Shown here piece after piece: positions 13,695 through 25,435 of a stretch of DNA of 64,000 nt (position 1 is its first letter; every line of letters begins with the position of its first letter). The DNA comes from Octopus sinensis (taxonomy: Eukaryota), in NCBI RefSeq assembly GCF_006345805.1, contig NC_042998.1, positions 71,424,001-71,488,000 on the forward strand. Direction: 5' to 3'. The position numbers were made by a program, and so were the translations under genes. The notes beneath the pieces were generated by a model. That model made no database searches and was not told where the DNA came from. It saw only the letters and a program-made list of their open reading frames with translations.

Positions 13695-14177
13695 CTATCT
13701 ATCTATATATATATATTTATATTTAGACGTGTGCGTATGTATGTGTCTGTACATACATGTATGTAGAAGTTTATGTGTTAATGCAAGCGGGTGTCTCTAT
13801 GTAGACATGTATGCGTACGTTATCGCTCAACTGAAAAAAACAGAGTTAAAATAAGATATTAGCGAATGAGTGAAGCGACAAATTATTAAATATTCATTCT
13901 TAATCAGTGTCAGACTTCAAAGAGTGAATAGTGATATTTACATCTGCAACCGGAAAATACATTTGCCCAAAGGAATTATTAGCAAAAGCTATCGATACAC
14001 GCGCCATATATATATATATATATTATATATATATATATATATATATGAACATGTATTTGTTTGCATGCGCCTCTGTAGTCACACGCACATACAGTTAAAG
14101 TCATATCACAGACCATAAGCATATACATATACGGACATAGACAAACACATACATATGCTAGTGTGTCGTTGATCGTG

Positions 14178-14221
<44 letters not shown>

Positions 14222-14234
14222 TATATATATATAT

Positions 14235-14301
<67 letters not shown>

Positions 14302-14321
14302 GTATGTATATTATATATATG

Positions 14322-14416
<95 letters not shown>
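14178..14416. repeat. (TA)n microsatellite
   Basis: Long imperfect TA run. Confidence 0.95.
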
Positions 14417-14419
<3 letters not shown>

Positions 14420-14850
14420 ATCTCTGTAATTGCTAATGTGATAGTTGTGACGCATTGTAATAAGATTAACTGTTTCCTGAATATTAACAGTTTTATATAT
14501 TTCTTTCGACCGACTTTGCTTCTGTAAGTATATGTACATACAAATGTTTATATAATTTTCCTCTTTACATTTGATGTTGTTCCTTTTTTTTAATCCCAAC
14601 TCATTCCTGATAAACCAATTCAATGATGAAATATTTTGCAGTTGTCACTAATTCCCATTGCTTGTAAACATGAATATCTAGAACCATACTTATCGAATGA
14701 TGACAGTATACGATTGTAGGAAAATTCGTAGCTGCTATTTTTAACAGTTCAATGGAAAGCATTGGAACATCCTCAACGTTGAGATATGAATCAGTCCACA
14801 CACACGAATTAGTGTGTGTGTGTGTGTGCGTGCGCGTGTGTGTGTGTTTG

Positions 14851-14898
<48 letters not shown>

Positions 14899-15029
14899 TG
14901 TGTGTGTACGGATTTCTCTATCATTACTCGTTTCATTAACTTATCGTTTGGCAGCAGGCCGAATGATGCTGTCGTGTGGTAATCTTATGCCATCAGACTT
15001 TATCTTCCAGCCTATCTTCGTAATATATA

Positions 15030-15960
15030 CTGTGCACGTTTCAACCCCCAAAATTAATTTCCACATCAATGGCAAACAAGATATTGGTTGGAAATTACCA
15101 ACCGCATTCCCTTTACTTGGGTCCTTCCGGCATAGCACCGTCTCCCTTTTGTTATCCAGGCCAGTATTTGAATGTTACTACTCAGTATTTCATGTGGCTG
15201 ACTCGCAATTCTCTTGTGCAGAGCCGTCCAGTTTTTAAGCCAAAAGCCCGGAACCCAATCTGGGTCATACGCTTTCCAGTTAGGAATTCTCCTGCACAGT
15301 TCTCTAATCATTTCCTCAAATCCTCCTGCTAATACTCTCCATTCTCCTTTTTGAGTGTCGTTAACCACTCCCTTCGGTTTCGTGTTATTTTTCCCGAGAC
15401 CATATGTTTGCCCAGAATCTTTTGCTTCCTTCTGTATCCGACAAGGCTTTGTCACGTCTTTCTTTCCCACCCAGTTTCTGATAGACTCGTTTCTGATTTT
15501 CTTCGAAAAGCCTCTTTAATTTGTATTGCTCAACTCTCTGTTGATTTATCTCTTTAATTTATGTGCTTTAGCTTTCAACCGCTGTTTTAATTTCTCACTC
15601 ACAACATTGATGCCCTTTCTCTTCACCCTATATTTCCTCTCTAGCTCAACATATTTCTCTCGCTGAGCTTCATTGAATTTTTTTTCCGTTCTAGAATATT
15701 ACTATGTTTTTTCTGGTCTCGTTAATACACTGTGTTATTCTCTTTTCCCACCAGGGTTCCTTCCGGTTATGTTAAAATTTACCTTTAGCTTTCAGTCCTG
15801 AATTCTAGGCAATAAAGATCGAGTTTGCTTTTATCAGATTGTTGGTGTCTGTGATGTAGTCAGTTCTGATATCACCAGTGATATCAGTTATCTTCCAGAC
15901 CCATTCATTGAGTAGTTTTCTGTCTACTTTCTAAAATCCCGTATAAAAGCTCCAAATATC
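15030..15960 (-). mobile_element. Dong/R4-like non-LTR retrotransposon fragment (RT N-terminal region)
   Basis: PNWKAYDPDWVPGFWLKNWTALHKRIA...WITKGR, then [27 protein letters not shown]. Matches the R4/Dong WKAPGPD..GFWLK and N(Y/F)RPI(T/S)CLP..WKL motifs. Confidence 0.8.
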
Positions 15961-15968
15961 AATGATTT

Positions 15969-15990
15969 CATTATTATGATTATGATTATG

Positions 15991-16023
<33 letters not shown>
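15969..16023. repeat. (ATT)n/(ATG)n microsatellite
   Basis: attattatt run adjoining the Dong/R4-like fragment. Confidence 0.95.
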
Positions 16024-16025
<2 letters not shown>

Positions 16026-16167
16026 AAGAACCCAGTACTAAACGGATCCCACTGAGTGGGCGCATAGATATAGTGGCTATAAATAATACAAATACCAAGT
16101 CTTCCCGCTTTACTCTTATTCAATTTATACAACAGATCAAACACAAACAAATGAAATATATTAATAC

Positions 16168-17250
16168 TGTAGCGATATCGTTACACTCATTGCTATCTTC
16201 ACTGTTTGAGAAGAGTATTAAGAATAATCTATTTTCGAGACTACAAACATCTTCGGCTAGTTTAACATTGTTGTAAACACTAATTCGATTGGCTGACACT
16301 TGGTCTCTACTACGTTCGCACCGCTGGTTGTCACGTGACGCGATTTGCCTCCGCTTATTTTCGTGCCATTATTCCAAGCAGCCAATCACAGCTTTCCATT
16401 TCTGAAGTTCGTTTTGAGCCCAATAAACCTTATATAAAGAAGGGTTCCCACACAGAGTTCGTCTTAGGTTTTTAGTTCTTTCCAGAACTAACCTCTGACC
16501 ACAGAGTTCGTCTTTGGTTCAAGTCCTTCTCGGGGCGAACCTCTGACCACACAGAGTTCGTCTTTGGTTCTAGTTCTTCTCAGAACGGACCTCTGACCAC
16601 ACAGAGCATACTCGACCATGTTCCAGTTCGAAAGGCAGGCGACCACCATTATATCAAGAGAAAAATAACCAAGCAGAATATATGATGAAGACGCAGCAAA
16701 AACCAAGCGACAGACACAACTCATCGCCAAACATCGAAGATTTAATTTGTACACAAGACCACCACAGATTCAACTCTAGCGGTTAGGTGAAAATTTCACC
16801 ACGGGAAAGTATATTCATATCAGGAGAAAGATAAACACAACAAGTGATTCAATTAATCTCAACTACGAGACGCAACATCTTGATATGGAGATCTTACCCT
16901 CCGTGTACCTCATAAACGGTAAATCAATTATCTGTCTTGGGTTCCAGTTCTTCTAAGAACTACCTTAAGCCATCTGCTACTACCTGTTGTTAGGCTGATA
17001 CCAACAACATGAACTGTGAACCAAATTCCATTGTTATTCCTCTGGTCAGTACCTGTTATGCCTCACGAACACACAGACACAAAAACATGCTAACACTTAC
17101 AAACTTCCAACCAACATGATTGTAAAATATGTAAAATAAATAATGTATATATCTCAAAAAGAAATCTTGTTGTCATTCCACTTGTGTTCTATTGCCGCTG
17201 TACGTATTATATGGTCAGTAATATCTCATTAACAATGGGACCACGTGCGA
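16168..17250 (+). mobile_element. LTR-like element (TGT...ACA at 16168-17234) followed by a possible degenerate primer-binding site
   Basis: CCAAT boxes (about 16383 and 16420), TATATAAA at about 16431, three ~49 bp tandem units (16451-16606), AATAAA at about 17136, terminal TTAACA, then TGGGACCACGTG. Confidence 0.55.
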
Positions 17251-18099
17251 CCGTGTCTCCTATACGATACGACCGCATGTGGCTCTAAATAATACAAATA
17301 CCAAATCTTCCCGCTTTACCCTTATTCAATTCATACAACAGATCAAACACAAACAAATGAAATATATTAATACAAATACACAATACAGACCACAACGGAA
17401 GAGACTTTAACAAGTATATTCACCAACAACTACGCACTCGCAAACTTATTCTACCGCTTGGCATGTTCAATTTACAGAGTCATCAACCTTAACTTTGGGC
17501 ACAATCATGAGTTTTTTTCGCATGACACTAACACAGGTATTTAGCGGAGAAGAAATTCTATGCCCACGTACATACATACAAATCACATCCATTCAGTCAT
17601 TAGATATACTAGATTTACATTCTAAATAGAAAACATTTAGTATAACAACGTAATCTTAACATACATAACTTAAATATAGAACTAAATGTAACCTTAACTT
17701 TTGAATTACTTTTCTTGCCTACCTTTATTCACATAATCTCACAAAGGAAACATGAATAATTAGATTATATTTATAGAAAAATACAAACCATGACTGAAAT
17801 AACACCAACAAGCCACACAAACAGCAATTCACGGACAATAAAAGAGATCTAATTAATTTTAATAACTAAATACAAACAATTCCTCTCGAATCTACAACTT
17901 GACTGATTCAGTATAGATTCTGTGAGACTGATGACTCGACACAAGAGATATTGTCACGTGACCGGAACAGGGGGATGCAGCGGGAAGCTTAGATATATTT
18001 TAAAGCCTAATCATGGGCCGACTAAATACTTGTGAGCTGATTTAGTAGAAGAAAACTGAAAGAAGCCCGTTTTATATATATATATATATATATATATAC

Positions 18100-19782
18100 C
18101 GACATCGTAGCAGCAATAAATGAGGTCAAACATTACTCTGCTGTAGGCCCTGATAGATTTCCCGCTAGTCTCCTGAAGGAATGTAGATATCAATTTGCAG
18201 TCCCTCTGACCAACCTCTGGAGAAACTCGTTAGACGCAGGTTATATACCGAAACAGTTTCTATCCCAGTCGGTCATCCCTCGCAGTCAATATCGCCCAAT
18301 CTCACTCACCTCCCACATCATTAACGTGTTTGAAGAGTAAAGGTGTTAGATCAAGGATAGCTGACTTCCTGGAGACCCACAAACTCCTAAATTCATATCC
18401 GCATGGCTTTCGCTGTGGCAGGGACTGTCTAACACAGCTCTTACACCACATTGAAGATGTACTCAAAGCTTGGTAACAGGTTCGAACTCTGACGTCATAT
18501 ATCTTGACTTCAGTAAAGCGTTCGACAGGGTAGACCATAACATCCTACTCTCAAAATTGGCAAATGTTGGAATCCGTAGAAAAGTTCTACGCTGGATTCA
18601 GTATTTCCTGGCGAATAGAACACAACATGTTGTAGTTGATGGAGTCCACTCAAACCCAGCAAAAGTCACCAGCGGTGTTCCTCAGGGAACTGTTTTGGGC
18701 CCGCTACTCTTCATAATTTACGTAAACGACCTTTCCAGTGTCGTACATCACTGCAATGTGAAAATATTCGCTGATGACACTAAGCTCCAGCAAATCGTCA
18801 ATGAAGAAGCAGACCGAACTCAACTCCAGTCTGATCTATATGCTGTGAGTCAATGGGCAGACAGAAACAAAATGCAACTGAATGAGGGAAAATTGGAGCT
18901 GATGCATTTTGGAAGAAATTCCTCACTAAAACAACCATACTCTCTTCCTTCAGGGGAACCGCTCACAGCCTCTAACAATATCAGAGACCTGGGTGTAATT
19001 GTTGATGACGATCTCAGTTGGAGTGCACACATCAACAAGAAGGTCGATATAGCTCGTAGGATGAGTTCCTGGATCTTAAGAACTTTCCGGTCCAGAGAAC
19101 AAGGTGTCATCATACCACTTTTTTCCTCCTTTGTACGGCCACACCTTGAATACTGCTGCCCACTGTAGTCTCCTCACACAAGACAAAACATCTCCAGAAT
19201 TGAGTCACCCCAGAGGGCTGTCACTAAACAAATTGAAGGCATGGCTGCTCTCAATTATTGGGATTGCCTTAAAGCCTTGAAACTTTACTCCCTCCAGCGT
19301 CGCCGTGAGCGGTACGTCATTTGTACGATGTGGAAAATATACCGCCAACTTTGCCCAAACGACCTAAACATTAGCTTCAAGGTTCATCCAAGACTTGGAC
19401 CACGGGCTATACGTCCCCTGCCAAATTCAAGATCACAACATACATGTACACTGCAACATAATTTCTTTTCCTCAACAGGCCCTGCCCTATTTAACATTGT
19501 CCCGAGGGAGATCAAAGAGGAAAAGGAACCCATCAACTTCAAACAGAGTCTGGATAGATTCCTTCAAAGAATACCAGATAAGCCACCCATAATTGGATAC
19601 AACTCACCCAACAAGAACTCACTACTTGAACAAAACTGGATACAACTCACCCAACAAGAACTCACTACTTGAACAAAACTTGGCTTAAACAGGATTCGAA
19701 TAATCCTATCAGGTAGTGCTATTAAGTTAGACATGGCCTGGACCAATCTCTGGTCGAAACATATCTAAGTTTATCTAAGTTT
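18100..19782 (+). mobile_element. 5'-truncated CR1-group LINE with largely intact RT domain
   Basis: DVIYLDFSKAFDRVDH, SGVPQGTVLGPLLF, IFADDTKL, RPHLEYCCPL*SP, YSLQRRRERY. ORFs 18470..19168 and 19241..19672 are in the same frame, split by one TAG where Trp is expected. 3' tail (atctaagttt)x2. Confidence 0.95.
19594..19679 (+). repeat. Perfect 43 bp tandem duplication at the LINE ORF end
   Basis: tggatacaactcacccaacaagaactcactacttgaacaaaac at 19594 and 19637. Confidence 0.93.
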
Positions 19783-19802
19783 ATATATATATATATATAT
19801 AT

Positions 19803-19860
19803 ATAATCAAAATAAGCAACGAGGATATCCTTGGATATCCTTGTTGCATATTTTGATTAT
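19803..19860. repeat. ~58 bp near-perfect palindrome
   Basis: ataatcaaaataagcaacgaggatatcc-tt-ggatatccttgttgcatattttgattat. Confidence 0.9.
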
Positions 19861-20203
19861 AATCACTACATTTTGAATTATATGGATAATACCATACCGA
19901 ATTCTGACGTCTTTAACTTAAGTACCATATTCAACAGAATGTATGTATGTATGCATGGATGGATGGATGGATGCATTGATGAATGTATATGTGCGTTTGT
20001 GTGTATGGATGTATGTGTGTGTTTGTGTGTATGCGTGTGTGTATGTCTGCGTGTTTGTGTGTGTCTGTGTTTTTCTCTCCACTGCTTGGCAACAGGTGTT
20101 GGTGTATGCAAGTCTCTGTAACTTAGGAGTTCAGCAAATGCAACCGATAGAATAGATACTGGGTTTCAAAAATAAGTCCTGATATTAATCCATTCGACGA
20201 AAT

Positions 20204-20235
<32 letters not shown>

Positions 20236-20492
20236 ATATATATATAATATATATATGTTCAAGCGCACGTACAAGATGTGCGCATACACAAACATGTATA
20301 TATATGTATATATATATAAAATTACAAATTGAGATAGGGGTTGTGAGTGCAACCCACCATGGGATAACATATCCAATATACTGCCAGTAAAGCACCCAAC
20401 AAAGTTAATACATAAATATTAAGAATTGCGATGCAGTTAATTCATTTCTTGTATTATATGGGCAAAGGTAAAATGTTTTACCGCAAATTAAT

Positions 20493-20758
20493 AATACAAA
20501 ATAAGAAAATGGAGAAATACACCTTAATCAATAATCAACTACTAGATAATACCCAATCACATAATTTATTAACCCACTGCATATGAACATCAAGGTCACA
20601 CATAATAGTACAGAACAAAACAATGCAATGCACATCAATGAGTAATATGATACAATAAGTACAATATGTATAAGTTGATAAAATAAATATAAATATAAAT
20701 ATAAATCTGGTAGTTGATTACTGATTAAGGTGTATTTCTCCATTTTCTTATTTTGTAT
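20493..20758. repeat. 54 bp inverted repeat with ~160 bp spacer
   Basis: 20493-20546 is the reverse complement of 20705-20758 with 2 mismatches; the right arm abuts (TA)n. Confidence 0.9.
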
Positions 20759-20777
20759 ATATATATATATATATATG

Positions 20778-20823
<46 letters not shown>

Positions 20824-20829
20824 ATATTA

Positions 20830-20865
<36 letters not shown>

Positions 20866-22471
20866 TAGATAAATAGATATACTAACATATATACCTATAT
20901 GTATGTATGAATGCGTGTATATGTATGCATGGTGATGGGAAGTTTTACGTATAATTAGGATGCGTATTATGTAGTGATATATTAACCAACATTTTCGTAA
21001 ACATTAGTGACATGTAAATACATATGAATGCTTCTACATATGTACTGATCAATAAATACATTTAGAAAGATAGGTCTCTGCGTATATATACTGGAATTCA
21101 TCATATTAAATGATTGCCTGGTTTAGCATCTATGCATTAGATATATTTATAGTATAAAAACAACCTTGTTTATTTGATTCTGTTTCTTATTTGCCCTGAA
21201 ACCTACAAGATTTCCCATGAACTGCTTTTTAAGATAACATTAAAACATTAATTAATGGATGTAAATAGATAAACAAAGAAATCGAATAGAAAAGAAACCG
21301 CTTTGCCTTATCTCACTTTTAATCTAATTTAAATCGTCATGTAGTAACGGATGTTGTCTGAAATGTTTTCTGCTCTCGGCTCATTTGTTTTGTTATTTAT
21401 ATGTGATAGATTTATATATTTCATTAATTAAAAAGAAAACATTCAGTAACTTATTTGTGAACTACCTATGGGGTTAAGAAAACTATACACGATTCTACGT
21501 CATGCGCTTCTAAATAAATTTCTAGGCATTACACAATTCCTAAGGTAATAACATGTAAACGTCGCTTCAATTGTTATTTAATTCGATTATCTAAGCTAAA
21601 CAATATCAATTTTTATATCATTCGGAATTTATACAATATGATTTTAGATTTCGTTTAGCTTTTACACTTTTGAACAATATTTACATTACTTGGAATGCTA
21701 TTTGCCACGGTTTCAACTCTCAATTTATTCAAAAATACCAGTGGTTAAATTGTTACAATATTGCTTAGTTAGACAAATGTTAGGCTTATGTGATTGTAGA
21801 CAGAACATGGTTAAAGTAAGTGAAATGTGTCATTAAATAAATCGCTTTGCCTGTACACGGTATCTGGGAGGGTTATCTACAAATAAATGAGGGGGAAAAA
21901 AACGTGTAACGTAAATAGAATCCCGTTCTTAAACTGTTCGTGACTTCCACTTTATATGGTATAGTGAAATATCGTGAATAATAGTTCGACGGAATTTATA
22001 CAGTTTTATCAGAATAACTGGGGGTGGGGGAATTGATGAATTATGAAAAGGAGTTTCTCAACCACAAGAAATGAAAAAGTCATCTATAGTCCAAGAACAT
22101 AATTCCATTTAAAATCGCAGACATATATACTTTTGACTCTTTAATAACTCACCGGTGTATAGTGTAGTTAATATTTTACTTCTTTTGCGTCAAGTATGAT
22201 TCAAATTACGATCTTTCAAATATGTTTTCTTAATTATACTATTGTGACATTTTCCCAATAATACTTGAGAATAATTCGAGACGTGAAACTCAATTAAATT
22301 GGATGCATCAAGTTGTTACACTTACTTATTCATTTAACTCTACTTTGTCTTGCCTCGTCTTGAGCCCCGCATTACCGATGGAATTCAAGGGGCGCATTAA
22401 TGACAAATTGCTTCCTTGTTTTCGTCATCTGTAGCGTTCGTTCAATATACATGTACGTATGCGAATATATA

Positions 22472-22506
<35 letters not shown>

Positions 22507-22510
<4 letters not shown>

Positions 22511-23317
22511 TAAGCAATAAGGGTTTTTAGCAACGAGTTGCCTTACCACATACCGAATTTAGAAATAGCAGTCAAAGGGTTATAGCTATTTCTTCTACTA
22601 AAAAGGGAGATCTCAGTAAAAACAGCATTTGGAAGGCAGACACAAACAGGTAAGAGAGAATGAATTGACTGCAATCTATCATACATTTTTTTAGTTATCC
22701 ACGGACGTACGTTTCGAAATCAAGTTTTAAGGAAAGCATAAGAATTAAATATTAAATATTAAATAATTCTATCTTACCGAAACTTCTTTTCTCTTCAGCG
22801 TAGAATACTATAATCATAAATGATTATATATTGAATTTTGAGATACCAGAAGGCACCAACTCAACTCAGTATCAGAGCGAGCTAGAATCCGCAACTGGTA
22901 TCACCGAATTCAATTTGTGAATGAAACGATTGTGTCAACAGCCCCTTCCCACCCGCGTGTAGCCAAAACAAGATGCTGTGGTCATCCACTGAGATAAAAT
23001 ATGGTTATCCGTAATAATGAAGGGTGAAATTAATTAATTTGGAAAAATTATCAATTACACCAAGTAGTCTTCGGCATGTAAAACCTCATTCGAGGAAAAT
23101 TTAAGTAATACTAAGCAATAAGGGTTTAGCAACGAGTTGCCTTACCACATACCGAATTTAGAAATAGCAGTCAAAGGTTATAGCTATTTCTTCTACTAAA
23201 AAGGGAGATCTCAGTAAAAACAGCATTTGGAAGGCAGACACAAACAGGTAAGAGAGAATGAATTGACTGCAATCTATCATACATTTTTTTAGTTATCCAC
23301 GGACGTACGTTTCGAAA

Positions 23318-23318
<1 letters not shown>
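22507..23318 (-). mobile_element. Retrozyme-like / non-autonomous PLE-type element: partial tandem of a ~600 bp unit inserted in (TA)n
   Basis: 22507-22720 is repeated at 23108-23318 with only homopolymer-length differences. No credible ORF, TA runs on both flanks, contains a hammerhead. Confidence 0.85.
22692..22810 (-). ncRNA. Type I hammerhead ribozyme, intact core
   Basis: Minus strand: uagu-au-ucuacg CUGAAGA [76-nt stem II closed by gaaa/uuuc] GAAA CGUACG UC| cgugga-ua-acua. Stem I has 6+4 bp, stem III carries the palindrome ACGUACGU, and GUC cleavage is predicted between 22704 and 22703. Confidence 0.88.
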
Positions 23319-23365
<47 letters not shown>

Positions 23366-23402
23366 CGCACACATACACACACACAAACACATGCATGTAT
23401 AA

Positions 23403-23436
<34 letters not shown>

Positions 23437-23439
<3 letters not shown>

Positions 23440-23826
23440 CGCAGGAGTGGCTGTGTGGTAAGTAGCTTGCTAACCAACCACATGGCTCCGGGTTTAGTCC
23501 CACTGCGTGGCATCTTGGGCATGAGTCTTCCGCTATAGCCCCGGGCCGACCATGCCTTGTGAGTGGATTTGGTAGACGGAAACTGAAAGAAGCCTGTCGT
23601 ATATATGTATATATATATATATATAAGTGTATGTGTTTGTGTGTCTGTGTTTGTCCCCCTAGCATTGCTTGACAACCGATGCTGGTGTGTTTACGTCCCC
23701 GTTCGGCAAAAGAGACCGATAGAATAAGTACTGGGCTTACAAAGAATAAGTCCCGGGGTCGATTTGCTCGACTAAAGGCGGTGCTCCAGCATGGCCGCAG
23801 TCAAATGACTGAAATAAGTAAAAGAG
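23437..23826 (+). mobile_element. Near full-length tRNA-derived CORE-like SINE
   Basis: A-box-like tggctgtgtggt, B-box-like ggtttagtccc, CORE-like gcatcttgggcatgagtctt, internal TA/TG repeat, and tail ggcggtgctccagcatggccgcagtcaaatgactgaaa. Confidence 0.92.
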
Positions 23827-23907
23827 TATATCCATATGTAAATACACATATGCGAATATATGTTCATACTCACACACACTACACTCATATACATACGTTG
23901 ATATCTA

Positions 23908-24008
<101 letters not shown>

Positions 24009-24717
24009 GTATGTGCGTGTGTGTGCGTGTGTGTGTGTTTATGTGCATGTGTGCGTGTGTGTGTGTTTATGTGCATGTGTGTGTAGCTAACATACATATA
24101 ATGAAATAGAAACACACGCAAACACACACACATATATAACTCCAATATTCTTACCATTCATTATATCGAATATTTTGTCGAGGTATTGTGTAGAACACAA
24201 TCATTTCTCTGCATTCATGTCAACACGCCATAAAGTATAAAACATATATAATATTACATATTCCGAACAATTGTCATAAGGCCGATACATTGATATGTAA
24301 GATAACCATATGACAGATTTTAGATGCAGATTGTTTAACGCTGAATGTTTACTGATTTAATATATCCATTTCTTTCTATGACTTTCTGTCTATTTCAGGC
24401 ATTATTGATATTTTTGTATAACTTCTTCTGAATCTATACATACAATGATTAATATGTGTATATTTTGAATTTAGATGATTCACAAACATAAAATCTACTC
24501 ACGTTCACACACAAACACGTATGTATGTAAGTATATATTCATTCAATATTTTGAATTACATAAACATACTTATACGCACACGTCTTGTATACATGGGATA
24601 TTTAGCCTACGATGAAAATGCAAACGCCACGAAGCAAGTTGTATTATTACATACAGCGATCAGAATAAGTTTCAATTTTTGTTACTGGATGGACACACAA
24701 ACACACTCATACATACA

Positions 24718-24764
<47 letters not shown>

Positions 24765-25225
24765 AAACACCCCACCGCACATACACACACTTAAGCACTC
24801 GTGCATACACGCACATTTGCATGTGAAGGATAAGATTGTTTCTTTAAAGCTAGTAGATTATCACCTCGTTAACATCAAGACGTAGACGCAACTTCAGTAT
24901 ATTAACATTACTACGTTAAAGAGCGTATCATCAACTTGCTGTTAACACACTAGTGTCATATTGTTAAAGTACTGATGCTAATGCCAGTTAATTAATATTG
25001 TTAAGCTAACTGAATTGTATTATCACTATTACGTCATCATCAGAATGCTAACATCCGAATATTAACAACGTTGTATCCGTAGGTTAACATCATTATGTTA
25101 TAATCATTGTGTTAAAAGCTGAATGTTAACAAATATTCAGTAACACGCGTAAGTTATCGTCAGTATTCCATTGTCAGTATGTTAATCAGAGCAAGTTAAC
25201 AACACAATACTTACAATTTTGTGTT

Positions 25226-25435
25226 TAAGGCAGCGAGTTTGGAGAATCGTTAGCACATCGATCAAAATACTTAGCGCTATTTCACCCGTCTTTACGCTCT
25301 CAGTTCAAATTCCGCCTTGGTCGACTTTGCCTTTTATCCTTTTTTGGTTCGATGAAATAAGTATTTGGATTGATGTAATCAAATTATCTCCACTCCTGGA
25401 CGAGCTGGCTTGTGCCAAAATTTGAAACCAATATC
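25226..25435 (+). mobile_element. Diverged copy of the second (Nin/Deu-domain-like) SINE family
   Basis: ggcagcgagtttggagaatcgttagcac...gttcaaattccgcc..ggtcgactttgcctttt; homologous to 51097 and 60151. Confidence 0.8.

Noticed and set aside
13414-14623. Many ORFs rich in YI/CV/HT repeats, here and across the window
   Set aside because: These are translations of TA, TG and ATCT microsatellites, not proteins.
16451-16606. Repeat-spacer-like periodicity suggestive of CRISPR
   Set aside because: The units are tandem with homologous 'spacers', the context is eukaryotic, and there are no cas genes.
17925-17962. CTGATGA followed by a short hairpin
   Set aside because: No GAAA box or UH site in the right position.
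23437-23510. tRNA-like A and B boxes
   Set aside because: SINE head without a full cloverleaf; not a tRNA gene.
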